Part shown: positions 15,713 to 26,808 of the stretch, piece after piece | Position numbering within the stretch: position 1 is the stretch's first letter | Layout of the letters: every line of letters starts with the position of its first letter | Source: an uncultured Lachnospiraceae bacterium | GTDB taxonomy: Bacteria > Bacillota > Clostridia > Lachnospirales > Lachnospiraceae | Assembly: GCA_947625995.1 (NCBI GenBank) | Contig: CANQQN010000001.1 | Location: 1-33,042, forward strand | DNA length: 33,042 nucleotides | Reading direction: 5' to 3' | The notes under the pieces: model-generated | What the model was told of the DNA's origin: nothing | The model's input: only the letters and a program-made list of their open reading frames with translations | Database searches by the model: none | Program-made: the position numbers and the translations under genes

Positions 15713-18262
15713 TCACTCGCTTTCCAAAGAAGTTTCCGATCCATCTTCCGCAGATTCTTTTTCTTCTTCTTTGACCGTGTCCGCAGAACTACTGTCGGAC
15801 GTTACGTCCACAGGCGCTTCCTTTACTTTTGCGATTCCGGCCACAGTCACATTTTCGCCTACGTTCATCAGCTTTACACCGGAGGTGATCCTTCCCAGAG
15901 TAGAAATACTGCGGACCGGCATACGGATGATCACCCCTTCTGTGGTAATGAGCATTATCTCATTCTCCTCGTCAACAGCCTTGAATCCAAGAACATTTCC
16001 GGTTTTCTCCGTGATCTTATAACATTTTACGCCTTTGCCGCCTCTGTACTGGCGCTTAAATTCCTCCAGATAAGTGCGTTTGCCGAGCCCCTTTTCTGAG
16101 ACAAACAACAAAAATTCACCCTGAACATTCAGCTGCATACCTACAACCTCGTCGCCGCTGACAAGATTAATGCCGCGCACACCCATGGATACACGTCCCA
16201 TAGGCCTTACGTCATTTTCATCAAACCGGATACACATACCATACTTGGTGACCAGAAAAATATCTTTGTCATTGTCAGTCAGCTTCACTTCGATCAGATC
16301 ATCGTCTTCTCTGAGATTAATGGCCTGAAGGCCGTTTTTCCGGATATTTTTGTATTCCGCAAGAGAGGTTTTCTTAACAATACCCTTCTTTGTAGCCATA
16401 AACAGATATCTGGTTTCTTCATACTTTTCCACGGGGATCACGGCGGTAACCTTTTCTCCCGGCGTGATCTGCAGAAGATTCACAATGGCCGTTCCTCTGG
16501 CGGTACGCCCCGCTTCCGGTATCTGATAAGCTTTCATACCGTAAACCTTGCCTTTATCGGTAAAAAACATCAAGTAATGGTGGGTGGTCGTCACAAACAG
16601 ATCCTCGATATAATCATCGTCAATGGTCTGCATGCCCTTGATCCCCTTTCCGCCCCGGTTCTGGCTTTTGAAATTGTCATCGGTCATACGTTTGATATAA
16701 CCTAATTTTGTCATGGTGATCACAGTATTTTCCTTTGGAACCAGATCTTCCATGGAAAGATCAAATTCATCAAATCCGATCTTTGTTCTCCGGTCGTCTC
16801 CGTACTTGTCGGAGATCTCCAGAATTTCTTTCCGGATCACCCCAAGAAGCATCTTTTCATCTGCAAGAATGCTCTTTAAGTATTCGATCCTTTTCTTAAG
16901 CTCTGCAAATTCTGCTTCAAGGCGCTCTCGTTCCAGTCCTGTCAAAGCGCGGAGACGCATATCCACAATGGCCTGCGCCTGCGCATCCGTAAGGCCAAAC
17001 GCCTCGATCAGGCGTTCCTTGGCGGTATTCACATTTTCGGAAGAACGGATAATGGTGATCACTTCGTCGATATGATCCAAAGCAATCAGTAAACCCTGCA
17101 AAATATGGGCGCGCTCTTCCGCTTTGTTCAGATCGTATTTTGTCCTTCTGGTTACTACGTCCTCCTGATGCCTCAGATAATACTTCAGCATGTCCAGAAG
17201 GTTCAATATCTTCGGCTCATTGCCCACCAGGGCCAGCATATTGACGCCAAAAGTATCCTGAAGCTGGGTATGCTTGTATAGTTGGTTTAAAAGTACATTG
17301 GCGTTTACGTCTCTGCGCAGTTCAATACAAATGCGCATTCCTTCTCTGTTGGACTCATCCCGCAGATCTGTGATCCCGTCGACCTTTTTCAGCTTCACAA
17401 GCTCCGCGATCTTTTCGATGAGCCGCGCTTTGTTGACCATAAAAGGAAGCTCTGTCACAATGATCCTGCTTTTGCCGTTGCTCATAGATTCGATATTGCA
17501 TACCGCGCGCACACGGATCTTACCATGACCGGTACGGTATGCCTCGTTGATGCCTCTGGTGCCGAGAATTTCCGCCCCTGTGGGAAAATCCGGTCCCTTT
17601 ACAATATCCAGCACTTCTTCGATGTCCGTGTCTCTGTTTTCTTCTATATAATTATCTATAATCTTGACAACAGCAGCGATCACTTCCCGGAGATTATGAG
17701 GAGGAATATTTGTAGCCATACCTACCGCGATACCCGTAGTGCCGTTTACAAGCAGGTTTGGATATCTGGACGGAAGTACGACAGGCTCCTTTTCCGTCTC
17801 GTCGAAATTGGGCGTAAAATCCACGGTGTCCTTATTAATATCGGCCAGCATCTCCATGGAGATCTTAGACAAGCGGGCTTCCGTATAACGCATAGCAGCC
17901 GCGCCATCGCCGTCCTCAGAACCAAAATTACCGTGTCCGTCTACAAGTGGGTATCTGGTGGACCATTCCTGAGCCATATTTACCAGCGCGCCGTAAATAG
18001 AACTGTCACCGTGAGGGTGATATTTACCCATGGTATCACCGACGATACGGGCACATTTACGATGAGGTTTATCCGGTCCGTTGTTCAACTCGATCATGGA
18101 ATACAGAACACGCCTCTGCACCGGCTTGAGACCGTCTCTCACATCGGGAAGGGCACGGGATACGATCACACTCATGGCATATTCAATATAGGATTGCTCC
18201 ATGGTCTTTTTCAGGTCAACTTCATTGACTTTATCAACCTTATCAAAGATTTTATCATCCAT
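15713..18262 (-). CDS. gyrA: DNA gyrase subunit A
   Basis: GyrA N-terminus ([24 protein letters not shown]), a catalytic Tyr region ([10 protein letters not shown]), C-terminal beta-pinwheel repeats and an acidic tail. Confidence 0.98.
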   Translation of the reverse strand: MDDKIFDKVDKVNEVDLKKTMEQSYIEYAMSVIVSRALPDVRDGLKPVQRRVLYSMIELNNGPDKPHRKCARIVGDTMGKYHPHGDSSIYGALVNMAQEWSTRYPLVDGHGNFGSEDGDGAAAMRYTEARLSKISMEMLADINKDTVDFTPNFDETEKEPVVLPSRYPNLLVNGTTGIAVGMATNIPPHNLREVIAAVVKIIDNYIEENRDTDIEEVLDIVKGPDFPTGAEILGTRGINEAYRTGHGKIRVRAVCNIESMSNGKSRIIVTELPFMVNKARLIEKIAELVKLKKVDGITDLRDESNREGMRICIELRRDVNANVLLNQLYKHTQLQDTFGVNMLALVGNEPKILNLLDMLKYYLRHQEDVVTRRTKYDLNKAEERAHILQGLLIALDHIDEVITIIRSSENVNTAKERLIEAFGLTDAQAQAIVDMRLRALTGLERERLEAEFAELKKRIEYLKSILADEKMLLGVIRKEILEISDKYGDDRRTKIGFDEFDLSMEDLVPKENTVITMTKLGYIKRMTDDNFKSQNRGGKGIKGMQTIDDDYIEDLFVTTTHHYLMFFTDKGKVYGMKAYQIPEAGRTARGTAIVNLLQITPGEKVTAVIPVEKYEETRYLFMATKKGIVKKTSLAEYKNIRKNGLQAINLREDDDLIEVKLTDNDKDIFLVTKYGMCIRFDENDVRPMGRVSMGVRGINLVSGDEVVGMQLNVQGEFLLFVSEKGLGKRTYLEEFKRQYRGGKGVKCYKITEKTGNVLGFKAVDEENEIMLITTEGVIIRMPVRSISTLGRITSGVKLMNVGENVTVAGIAKVKEAPVDVTSDSSSADTVKEEEKESAEDGSETSLESE

Positions 18263-18282
18263 AACTTAACTCTCCCACCTTC

Positions 18283-20214
<1,932 letters not shown>

Positions 20215-20222
20215 TCATAAAT

Positions 20223-21308
20223 CTAATTTTCAACCTGAACCGTTCCGTTTACTACTTTAAAAATCTTATTAATGGGAAATCTGTGACTGATGAATTCATC
20301 CAGTCCCGTACAGGAGATCAACGTCTGTATATCGTGGATCTCTTTTAATAAATAAGTCTGCCGGCTGCTGTCCAGTTCTGACAAAACATCATCCAAAAGC
20401 AACACGGGAGTATCGTGAATAACTTGTTTTACAAGCTGAATCTCCGCCAGTTTCACAGACAATGCCGCCGTTCTCTGCTGCCCCTGTGACCCGTATTTCC
20501 GAATATCAATACCTTCCACAAGAAAGTTGATATCGTCTCTGTGAGGTCCCGTTGTAGTCGTCTTCATTTTAAAATCCTTGTCCCGGAACATCAATATCCG
20601 CTCACGAAACTCTTCCGAAACCACATCAGGCTCATATACGATCTTTAACCTTTCCTTTTTACCTGTCAACTGACGGTGAATATCGTAAATAATCTCATTG
20701 AGCCGGCTGATAAACTGCCGGCGCCGCTCAATGATCGGCATACCGAAATTGACCAGCTGTTCATCCCAAACCGGCAAAGTATCACGCAGATCACTGTTAA
20801 AAGACGCGTCCCGGAGAATGATATTTCTCTGATTCAATACCCTGTTATAGTTAGTCAGATGATACAAATAAACCTTATCCAACTGGCCAAGCTCCAGATT
20901 CATAAATCTTCTTCTTTCTGAAGGTCCGTTTTTGATCATATTCAGATCCTCCGGAGAAAAGAAGACCATGTTGACGATTCCAAACAGTTCGCTTGCCTTT
21001 TTTATAGGAATGCCGTTGATGGCAATCCCTTTTGCTTTATTCTTTTTCAGATGAAGGTCAATCTTATAATGAATCTTATTTTTATTTACATGAACACAAA
21101 TATGCGCTTCTGTTTCACCGAACCTGATGATTTCCTTATCCTTGCTGCCTTTATGTGATTTTGTGGTGCCGCTCACATAGACAGCTTCCAAAAGATTTGT
21201 TTTCCCTTGCGCATTGTCTCCATAAAAAATGTTTGTCTTTTCATCCAGATGTATGCGCAGATGCTCATAGTTCCTGTAATTTTGAAGTTCTACTGACTCG
21301 ATAATCAT
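20223..21308 (-). CDS. recF: DNA replication/repair protein RecF
   Basis: Walker A GDNAQGKTN, an SMC-like signature (GSQGQQRT) and Walker B LLLDDV. It sits in the canonical position between yaaA and gyrB. Confidence 0.95.
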   Translation of the reverse strand: MIIESVELQNYRNYEHLRIHLDEKTNIFYGDNAQGKTNLLEAVYVSGTTKSHKGSKDKEIIRFGETEAHICVHVNKNKIHYKIDLHLKKNKAKGIAINGIPIKKASELFGIVNMVFFSPEDLNMIKNGPSERRRFMNLELGQLDKVYLYHLTNYNRVLNQRNIILRDASFNSDLRDTLPVWDEQLVNFGMPIIERRRQFISRLNEIIYDIHRQLTGKKERLKIVYEPDVVSEEFRERILMFRDKDFKMKTTTTGPHRDDINFLVEGIDIRKYGSQGQQRTAALSVKLAEIQLVKQVIHDTPVLLLDDVLSELDSSRQTYLLKEIHDIQTLISCTGLDEFISHRFPINKIFKVVNGTVQVEN

Positions 21309-21318
21309 ACAATACCTG

Positions 21319-21528
21319 TTATTTGACTATTTTTAACTCTTTCCCCTCATAAGAGACAATATCGTTCTCATAAAGCTTCCTTCCTCTACGAAGCTCTGTC
21401 TCTCCGTTTACTTTTACCAAACCTTCCGTGATGGCCATCTTTGCCTCCACGCCGTTTTCCGCGTAACCTGCCGCTTTCAACGCCTGCCCAAGCTTGATAA
21501 AATCATCTCTCAATTGCAGTATTTCCAT
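21319..21528 (-). CDS. yaaA: S4-domain RNA-binding protein YaaA
   Basis: About 69 aa of S4-like sequence (KLGQALKAAG...VKVNGE...RRGRKL), in the conserved dnaN-yaaA-recF position. I prefer ATG 21528 (AAAGGA RBS) over the TTG at 21543. Confidence 0.8.
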   Translation of the reverse strand: MEILQLRDDFIKLGQALKAAGYAENGVEAKMAITEGLVKVNGETELRRGRKLYENDIVSYEGKELKIVK

Positions 21529-21555
21529 ATATTTTCCTTTCAAAAAGCCACAATA

Positions 21556-22665
21556 TCACATTCCCGGATTAAAATTCACAGGAAGAATCAGATAGATATA
21601 AGATTCCTTCTCATCCTTGATGATGCAGGGCGCTTTGGCATTCATCATATAAATATCGATCTCTTCATCGTCAATAACACGAATGGCGTCGATCAAAAAC
21701 TTAGGATTAAAAGCAATGGCGATATCCTTGCCTTCTTTTTCGATCATGATATCTTCATCCATGGTACCGATAACAGACTTCATTTTTAACTGCATATTCC
21801 CGTCCGTGATATTCATGATGATGGGACGCTTGTCTCCCTCTCTCACAAGAAGCGTAGAACGTTCGATACAGTTCAACAACTCTCTCTTATTGATATGGAC
21901 CTTCGTCTGATAGTCATTAGAAAGCATCTGGTCAATTCTGAAATATTCTCCTTCAATGATCCTGGAAACCACCTTTGTCTGATCAAACTCAAACAACAAA
22001 TGATTCTTTGTAAAATAAATCCTGATCTCATCTTCTGTCTCCCCGGAAAGGATCTTCGTAAGATCATTCAACGTCTTTCCGGGAATGATCATCTTAACAG
22101 GCTCATAATCATCTTTTAGTTCTATATTTCTGATAGAAATACGGTGGCTGTCCAGAGAAACCACTTTAAAAGAATTATGATCCACTTCAAAAAGCTCGCC
22201 GGTCATGATGATATTATTGTCATTATCGGCAATAGAAAAAATCGTCTGCTTGATGATCTCCTTCAAGGCAAACTGTGAAAGAGAAATATAATTTTCTTTT
22301 TCGATATCAGGAAGCGCCGTAAAATCATCTCCCGGCCTTCCGGAAATATTAAACTTTGACTTTTCGCAGGTAATGAGAACCTGATAGTTTTCCGATGTTT
22401 TGATCGTTACGTCATTTTCAGGAAGCCTTCTGATGATCTCAGAAAAGATCTTTGCTTCAACGGCAATGGTGCCTTCTTCCTCGATCTTACCTTCTACAAT
22501 ATTTTCAATCCCCAGTTCCATGTCATTGGCTGTGATCTTGATCATCCCGTTCATTGCTTCGATCAAAAAGCATTCCAAGATCGGAAGATTGGTCTTGGAG
22601 GATACCGCTTTTGAAACAATGTTTACACTTTTCAAAAGGTTTGATTTGCTGCAGATAACTTTCAT
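21556..22665 (-). CDS. dnaN: DNA polymerase III beta sliding clamp
   Basis: Typical DnaN N-terminus (MKVICSKSNLLKSVNIVSKAV) and a three-domain length. I chose the start at ATG 22665, preceded by AAAGGAG. The track ORF adds 9 unlikely codons. Confidence 0.95.
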   Translation of the reverse strand: MKVICSKSNLLKSVNIVSKAVSSKTNLPILECFLIEAMNGMIKITANDMELGIENIVEGKIEEEGTIAVEAKIFSEIIRRLPENDVTIKTSENYQVLITCEKSKFNISGRPGDDFTALPDIEKENYISLSQFALKEIIKQTIFSIADNDNNIIMTGELFEVDHNSFKVVSLDSHRISIRNIELKDDYEPVKMIIPGKTLNDLTKILSGETEDEIRIYFTKNHLLFEFDQTKVVSRIIEGEYFRIDQMLSNDYQTKVHINKRELLNCIERSTLLVREGDKRPIIMNITDGNMQLKMKSVIGTMDEDIMIEKEGKDIAIAFNPKFLIDAIRVIDDEEIDIYMMNAKAPCIIKDEKESYIYLILPVNFNPGM

Positions 22666-22692
22666 TTGTGTAAAACTCCTTTCGTAAAACAA

Positions 22693-22859
22693 ACATAATA
22701 TAAATAAATAGTATCCGTAGTCGTATTATTAGGGATTGTGAATTTGTTCATAAACTGTTTTAAGCCCTTAAATAAGACTTTTTTCTTATGGAGACCAATG
22801 TGAAAAAAACAATATAGGCTGTTGATAAAGGACAGGTTTTCCACATCGATCGGGGGTGA
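22693..22859. promoter_or_regulatory. dnaA-dnaN intergenic oriC segment (near-consensus DnaA boxes plus an AT-rich stretch)
   Basis: TGTtGATAA at 22820-22828 and TTtTCCACA at 22837-22845 each have one mismatch to TTATCCACA. A very AT-rich run lies at about 22690-22760. The position is analogous to the second oriC module of Bacillus-type origins. Confidence 0.5.
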
Positions 22860-24215
22860 TCACACGGGAGTCAGTTTTTTCTTTAAAATATCCACTACTT
22901 TTTTGGTATTGTCGTCCTTTTTGATCATATCCGCGATCTTGTCCGCTCCATGTATCACGGTGGTATGGTCTCTTCCTCCCATAATGGAACCGATGGATTT
23001 CAGGGAATATCCTTCGATATCCCGGCATATATACATGGCGATCTGTCTGGGATAGACGATTTCGGAATTTCTTTTATGGGAACAGATATCCTCAGGCGTA
23101 ATGTTAAAATGTTCGCTGACTACCTTGATTACCAATTCCGGCGTGATCTTTTTGGGAAGATCGGGAAAGATCACGTCTTTTAGTTCATTTTCCGCAATCT
23201 CCATGGTAATCTCTTTCTTTTCCAGATTAGAAAATGCGATCAGCTTATTCAGTGCGCCTTCCAGTTCACGGATATTGGATTTAACATTTGTTGCAATATA
23301 ATCAATGACGTCATCGGAAATGTGATAGCCGTCAGATTCTTCTTTTTTACGCAGAATGGCCATTCTAGTCTCATAATCAGGCGAGGAAATATCCGCGATC
23401 AGGCCCATTTCAAATCTTGTCCTCAGCCGCTCTTCCAGTGTCTCGATATCCTTTGGCGGTTTATCACTGGAGATGATGATCTGTTTCTTTAGCAGGTGGA
23501 GATGGTTGAAGGTGTGGAAAAACTCCTCCTGCGTACTTTCTTTTCCGATAATGAACTGGATATCGTCGATCAATAAGGCATCGATATTCCGGTATTTGTC
23601 TCTGAATTTTGTCATCGCGGCGCTGTTTCCGTTACGGATAGATTCGATCAGCTCGTTAGTAAAAACCTCGGAAGTCACATAAAGTACATTCATATTTGGG
23701 TTTTTATTTAAAATAAAGTGGGCTATGGCGTGCATTAAATGGGTCTTTCCAAGACCGACCCCTCCATACAAAAAAAGAGGATTGTAAATCTCTCCGGGAG
23801 ATTCCGCCACTGCCAGAGACGCGGAATGCGCGAAACGGTTGTTGCTACCTACCACAAAATTGTCAAAGGTATAGCGGGAATTTAAATTTGCATAGCTTGG
23901 ATTAAGCAGATTGTTAGTATTGATATTTTCATCCGGAAAAGCATGATTTTTTTCGTCCGGAGAAATAAAAACGACCTTGCAGGGCTTGTTGCAGAATTCG
24001 CCGATGGCGACCTGAAGAGGCAGCTTGTATTTTCTGTTCAGCAGATCGATGGCGATGGTGTTTTCTTCAAAAGCCACGGCAATATAAACAGTATCGTCTT
24101 TGATATGATGAAGAGTCATCGGTTTCAGCCATGTTTCATAAGAAATAGAGGAAATATCGTATTCTCTGCATGCATTTTTTAATATCTGGTCCCAGTTTTC
24201 AAATATCGTATCCAT
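22860..24215 (-). CDS. dnaA: Chromosomal replication initiator DnaA
   Basis: AAA+ Walker A GGVGLGKTHL, Walker B LLIDDIQF, and the domain IV helix (HTTVIHG). I chose the start at ATG 24215, preceded by AAAGGAGAA. The track ORF adds 23 unlikely codons. Confidence 0.97.
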   Translation of the reverse strand: MDTIFENWDQILKNACREYDISSISYETWLKPMTLHHIKDDTVYIAVAFEENTIAIDLLNRKYKLPLQVAIGEFCNKPCKVVFISPDEKNHAFPDENINTNNLLNPSYANLNSRYTFDNFVVGSNNRFAHSASLAVAESPGEIYNPLFLYGGVGLGKTHLMHAIAHFILNKNPNMNVLYVTSEVFTNELIESIRNGNSAAMTKFRDKYRNIDALLIDDIQFIIGKESTQEEFFHTFNHLHLLKKQIIISSDKPPKDIETLEERLRTRFEMGLIADISSPDYETRMAILRKKEESDGYHISDDVIDYIATNVKSNIRELEGALNKLIAFSNLEKKEITMEIAENELKDVIFPDLPKKITPELVIKVVSEHFNITPEDICSHKRNSEIVYPRQIAMYICRDIEGYSLKSIGSIMGGRDHTTVIHGADKIADMIKKDDNTKKVVDILKKKLTPV

Positions 24216-24288
24216 GGATTTCTCCTTTATATAATGGAAATGCGCCGTTTCCGACCCATTGTATCGCACGTGAAAGTATCTCAAATAT

Positions 24289-24317
24289 ATATTACACTAA
24301 AATGCTCTTTTTTTCAA
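24289..24317 (-). promoter_or_regulatory. Possible dnaA promoter (TTGAAA-17-TAATAT)
   Basis: On the minus strand, TTGAAA (24317-24312), a 17-nt spacer, then TAATAT (24294-24289), about 70 nt upstream of the dnaA ATG. Confidence 0.35.
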
Positions 24318-24429
24318 TAATAATAGGTAGAAATTCTTCATAAAATCTTGACAGGACAAGGTATTTTTCTTATGATATCTTCAAATTGGTTTACAGCGGA
24401 TTATTGGGAAAAATAAGAAATTGTTGATT

Positions 24430-24547
24430 TGTGAATAAATAAAAATGTGGATAAGTCACCAAATAATATTCAGATATCAGGCATTTTCTTTAAAAAAAGG
24501 CTTTTATGAAAAAGTTATCAACAACTTATTCACATTTTTGTGGATAA
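24430..24547. promoter_or_regulatory. oriC DnaA-box cluster (5 boxes in 118 bp)
   Basis: Two perfect TGTGGATAA boxes at 24446-24454 and 24539-24547. Three one-mismatch boxes: TGTGaATAA at 24430-24438, TTATCaACA at 24515-24523 and TTATtCACA at 24526-24534. An extremely AT-rich tract follows at 24548-24655. Confidence 0.85.
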
Positions 24548-24655
24548 TATTATGTAAATTATTTTGTAAACGGCAGTTTTTTTCAATTTTGATTTTTATG
24601 ATTTTATGTCTTTTTTTGTTTTATGGCAAAAATTTATAAAGATTGTATAAAAAAC

Positions 24656-24684
24656 TTGACTTGCGGGGGTTTTTTGAATATAAT
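24656..24684 (+). promoter_or_regulatory. rpmH promoter (TTGACT-17-TATAAT)
   Basis: TTGACT at 24656-24661, a 17-nt spacer, then TATAAT at 24679-24684, about 40 nt upstream of the rpmH ATG. Confidence 0.6.
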
Positions 24685-24725
24685 TAGTGGCGATACGTTT
24701 AAAAAAGATAAGGAGGTGTTTAACA

Positions 24726-24860
24726 ATGAAAATGACTTATCAGCCCAAAAGGAGACAGAGATCAAAAGTTCACGGCTTTAGATCAAGAATGAGCACAGCA
24801 GGCGGTAGAAAGGTATTAGCAGCAAGAAGAGCAAAGGGAAGAAAAGTATTATCAGCATAG
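24726..24860 (+). CDS. rpmH: 50S ribosomal protein L34
   Basis: Not in the ORF track because it is under 60 aa. My manual translation is [44 protein letters not shown], a near-universal L34 sequence. AAGGAGG lies 7 nt upstream. Confidence 0.95.
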   Translation: MKMTYQPKRRQRSKVHGFRSRMSTAGGRKVLAARRAKGRKVLSA

Positions 24861-24880
24861 GCCGCATATTGTGGCCTTTT
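24860..24880 (+). terminator. Weak terminator/attenuator hairpin between rpmH and rnpA
   Basis: GGCCGC-atatt-GTGGCC, 6 bp including one G-U pair, followed by TTTT. Confidence 0.3.
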
Positions 24881-24906
24881 CTCATCTTATATGAGAATGG
24901 AGCATC

Positions 24907-25281
24907 ATGTTATTTTCGGAATCGTTAAAAAAGAATGAAGATTTTCAGAGAGTATACAGAAAAGGTACTTCTTACGCAAACAAATATCTGGTAATGTATG
25001 TTTTGGAAAAAAAGGGTGAGGAGAACCGTCTGGGAATCTCCGCCAGCAAAAAAGTGGGAAACAGCGTGGTCCGGCACCGTTTGACCAGACTTATCAGAGA
25101 AAGTTACAGACTGAATGAAAAGTTTTTAAAAAAAGGATATCATATTGTCGTGATCGTAAGAAATACGGCAAAGGACAGAAGCTTTCATGAAATAGAAAGT
25201 GCGTTTCTTCATTTGGCAGATATGCATGGGATTGTGAAAGATCATGAAAAAGATTTTGATATGGCTCATAAAGTTTTATAG
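24907..25281 (+). CDS. rnpA: Ribonuclease P protein component
   Basis: 124 aa, basic, with the RNR-like motif ([18 protein letters not shown]), in the canonical position after rpmH. Confidence 0.9.
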   Translation: MLFSESLKKNEDFQRVYRKGTSYANKYLVMYVLEKKGEENRLGISASKKVGNSVVRHRLTRLIRESYRLNEKFLKKGYHIVVIVRNTAKDRSFHEIESAFLHLADMHGIVKDHEKDFDMAHKVL

Positions 25282-25456
25282 GAGAAATATATCGCCCTAC
25301 AAAAGATATACAAGATGCAAATATATTCCTACCTGCTCACAATACGGTTTGGAAGCGATCGAAAAATATGGAACGGTAAAAGGCGGCTATCTGGCGGCAA
25401 AAAGAGTGTTGAAATGTAATCCTTTTTCAAAGGGAGGATACGATCCTGTTCCATGA
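25244..25456 (+). CDS. yidD: Membrane protein insertion efficiency factor YidD
   Basis: 70 aa with the conserved YidD blocks FYRRNISP...C(K)[13 protein letters not shown]...G...A.KR.L.C.P. It overlaps the rnpA 3' end by 38 nt. Confidence 0.9.
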   Translation: MKKILIWLIKFYRRNISPYKRYTRCKYIPTCSQYGLEAIEKYGTVKGGYLAAKRVLKCNPFSKGGYDPVP

Positions 25457-25471
25457 TGAGGAGGAAAAAAA

Positions 25472-26782
25472 TTGATAGATTTGTGGTTATCACAGGCCGT
25501 CGTGGCTTTTAATCCTTTTTCCGCGCTTTGGGAAGGCATTAAACAGATACTCGGCTGGATTATGAATGTCATTTATATTTTTCTGAATAATGTCTTTGGT
25601 ATCAACGGCATCATTGCGTGGTGTATCATTTTATTTACTGTTATCATTTATACGCTGTTGATCCCTCTTACGTTGAAGCAGCAAAGATCCATGAAGCTGA
25701 ATTCCGTGGTACAGCCGGAGATCAACGCGATTACAAAAAAGTATAAAAATAAAAAAGATCAGCAGTCGCAGATGCAGCAGAGCGAAGAGATGATGGCCGT
25801 TTACAAAAAATACGGTACTTCTCCTACCGGCGGATGTCTGGTTTCTTTTATCCAGTTTCCCATCATGCTTGCGCTTTATCGCGTACTGTACAATATTCCA
25901 AAGTATGTGTCCGGAATAAAGGGTATCTATCATAATCTGATTTCTGAACTGATGAAGACGGATTATGTAGACGCAATGACGGAGATCGCTGCTTCAAAAC
26001 GTCTTTCCTTCAATATCGAAGGATTGAGCAATTCAGAGATCTCTACAAAGATCTCGGAAGTTTTGTATCAGTTCAAAAATGCGGACTGGGCTTCTTTAAC
26101 AGATAAGTTTCCTGACCTTGGCAAGGTGATCGCGGACACTCATGAGAATATGAATAAGGCGAACAGCTTTATTTTTGGGCTTCTCGATATTGCGGAGTCT
26201 CCCTCTTCCTTTGTTTCGGAAGGCGCGAAAAGCGGAAAATGGCATATTGTTGTGCTTGCGATCCTGATTCCCGTGCTGGCAGGTTTTTTCAGCTGGCTCA
26301 GTACGAAAATAATCAGCAATCCCGCGGCGCAGCCGGAAGCCAATGATGACAATACAATGGTATCTTCTCTGAAGATGATGAACACCATTATGCCTTTGTT
26401 TAGTGCGTTTATCTGTTTTTCACTGCCTATTGGAATCGGTATTTACTGGATCGTCAGCAGCGTTTACCGTGTGATCTCCCAGTATTTTATCGGTAAAAGG
26501 ATGGAAAAGATCGACGTCAACGATATTGTACAGAAGAATCTGGAAAAATATAATAAAAAGCGGGCAAAGCAGGGGCTTCCTCCCCAAAAGATCAAGCCTG
26601 TTGCCGTGCCTTCCGTAAAAGAAACGCAGGAAGAACAGAAACAGGAAAAAGAAAAGAAAGAGAAATTGGAACAGTCAATAAAAAAATCTACAGAATACTA
26701 CAATTCCTCTTCTGCAAAACCCGGAAGCCTGAAAGCGAAAGCAAATATGGTGCAGCAGTACAATGAGAAACATAAAAAGTAA
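25472..26782 (+). CDS. yidC: Membrane insertase YidC/Oxa1 family
   Basis: Conserved TM1-TM2 core (LLIPLTLKQQRSMKLNSVVQPEINAITKKYK...MAVYKKYGTSP) and a lysine-rich C-tail. TTG start at 25472, 7 nt after GAGGAGG. Confidence 0.9.
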   Translation: MIDLWLSQAVVAFNPFSALWEGIKQILGWIMNVIYIFLNNVFGINGIIAWCIILFTVIIYTLLIPLTLKQQRSMKLNSVVQPEINAITKKYKNKKDQQSQMQQSEEMMAVYKKYGTSPTGGCLVSFIQFPIMLALYRVLYNIPKYVSGIKGIYHNLISELMKTDYVDAMTEIAASKRLSFNIEGLSNSEISTKISEVLYQFKNADWASLTDKFPDLGKVIADTHENMNKANSFIFGLLDIAESPSSFVSEGAKSGKWHIVVLAILIPVLAGFFSWLSTKIISNPAAQPEANDDNTMVSSLKMMNTIMPLFSAFICFSLPIGIGIYWIVSSVYRVISQYFIGKRMEKIDVNDIVQKNLEKYNKKRAKQGLPPQKIKPVAVPSVKETQEEQKQEKEKKEKLEQSIKKSTEYYNSSSAKPGSLKAKANMVQQYNEKHKK

Positions 26783-26808
26783 TCATAAATGAAGGGATTG
26801 AATTTGGG

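Noticed and set aside
24445-24639. A 64-aa plus-strand ORF inside the dnaA-rpmH intergenic region
   Set aside because: It lies across the DnaA-box cluster and the AT-rich tract. It has a Phe/Ile/Leu/Lys-dominated low-complexity translation typical of AT-rich non-coding DNA, and no RBS.
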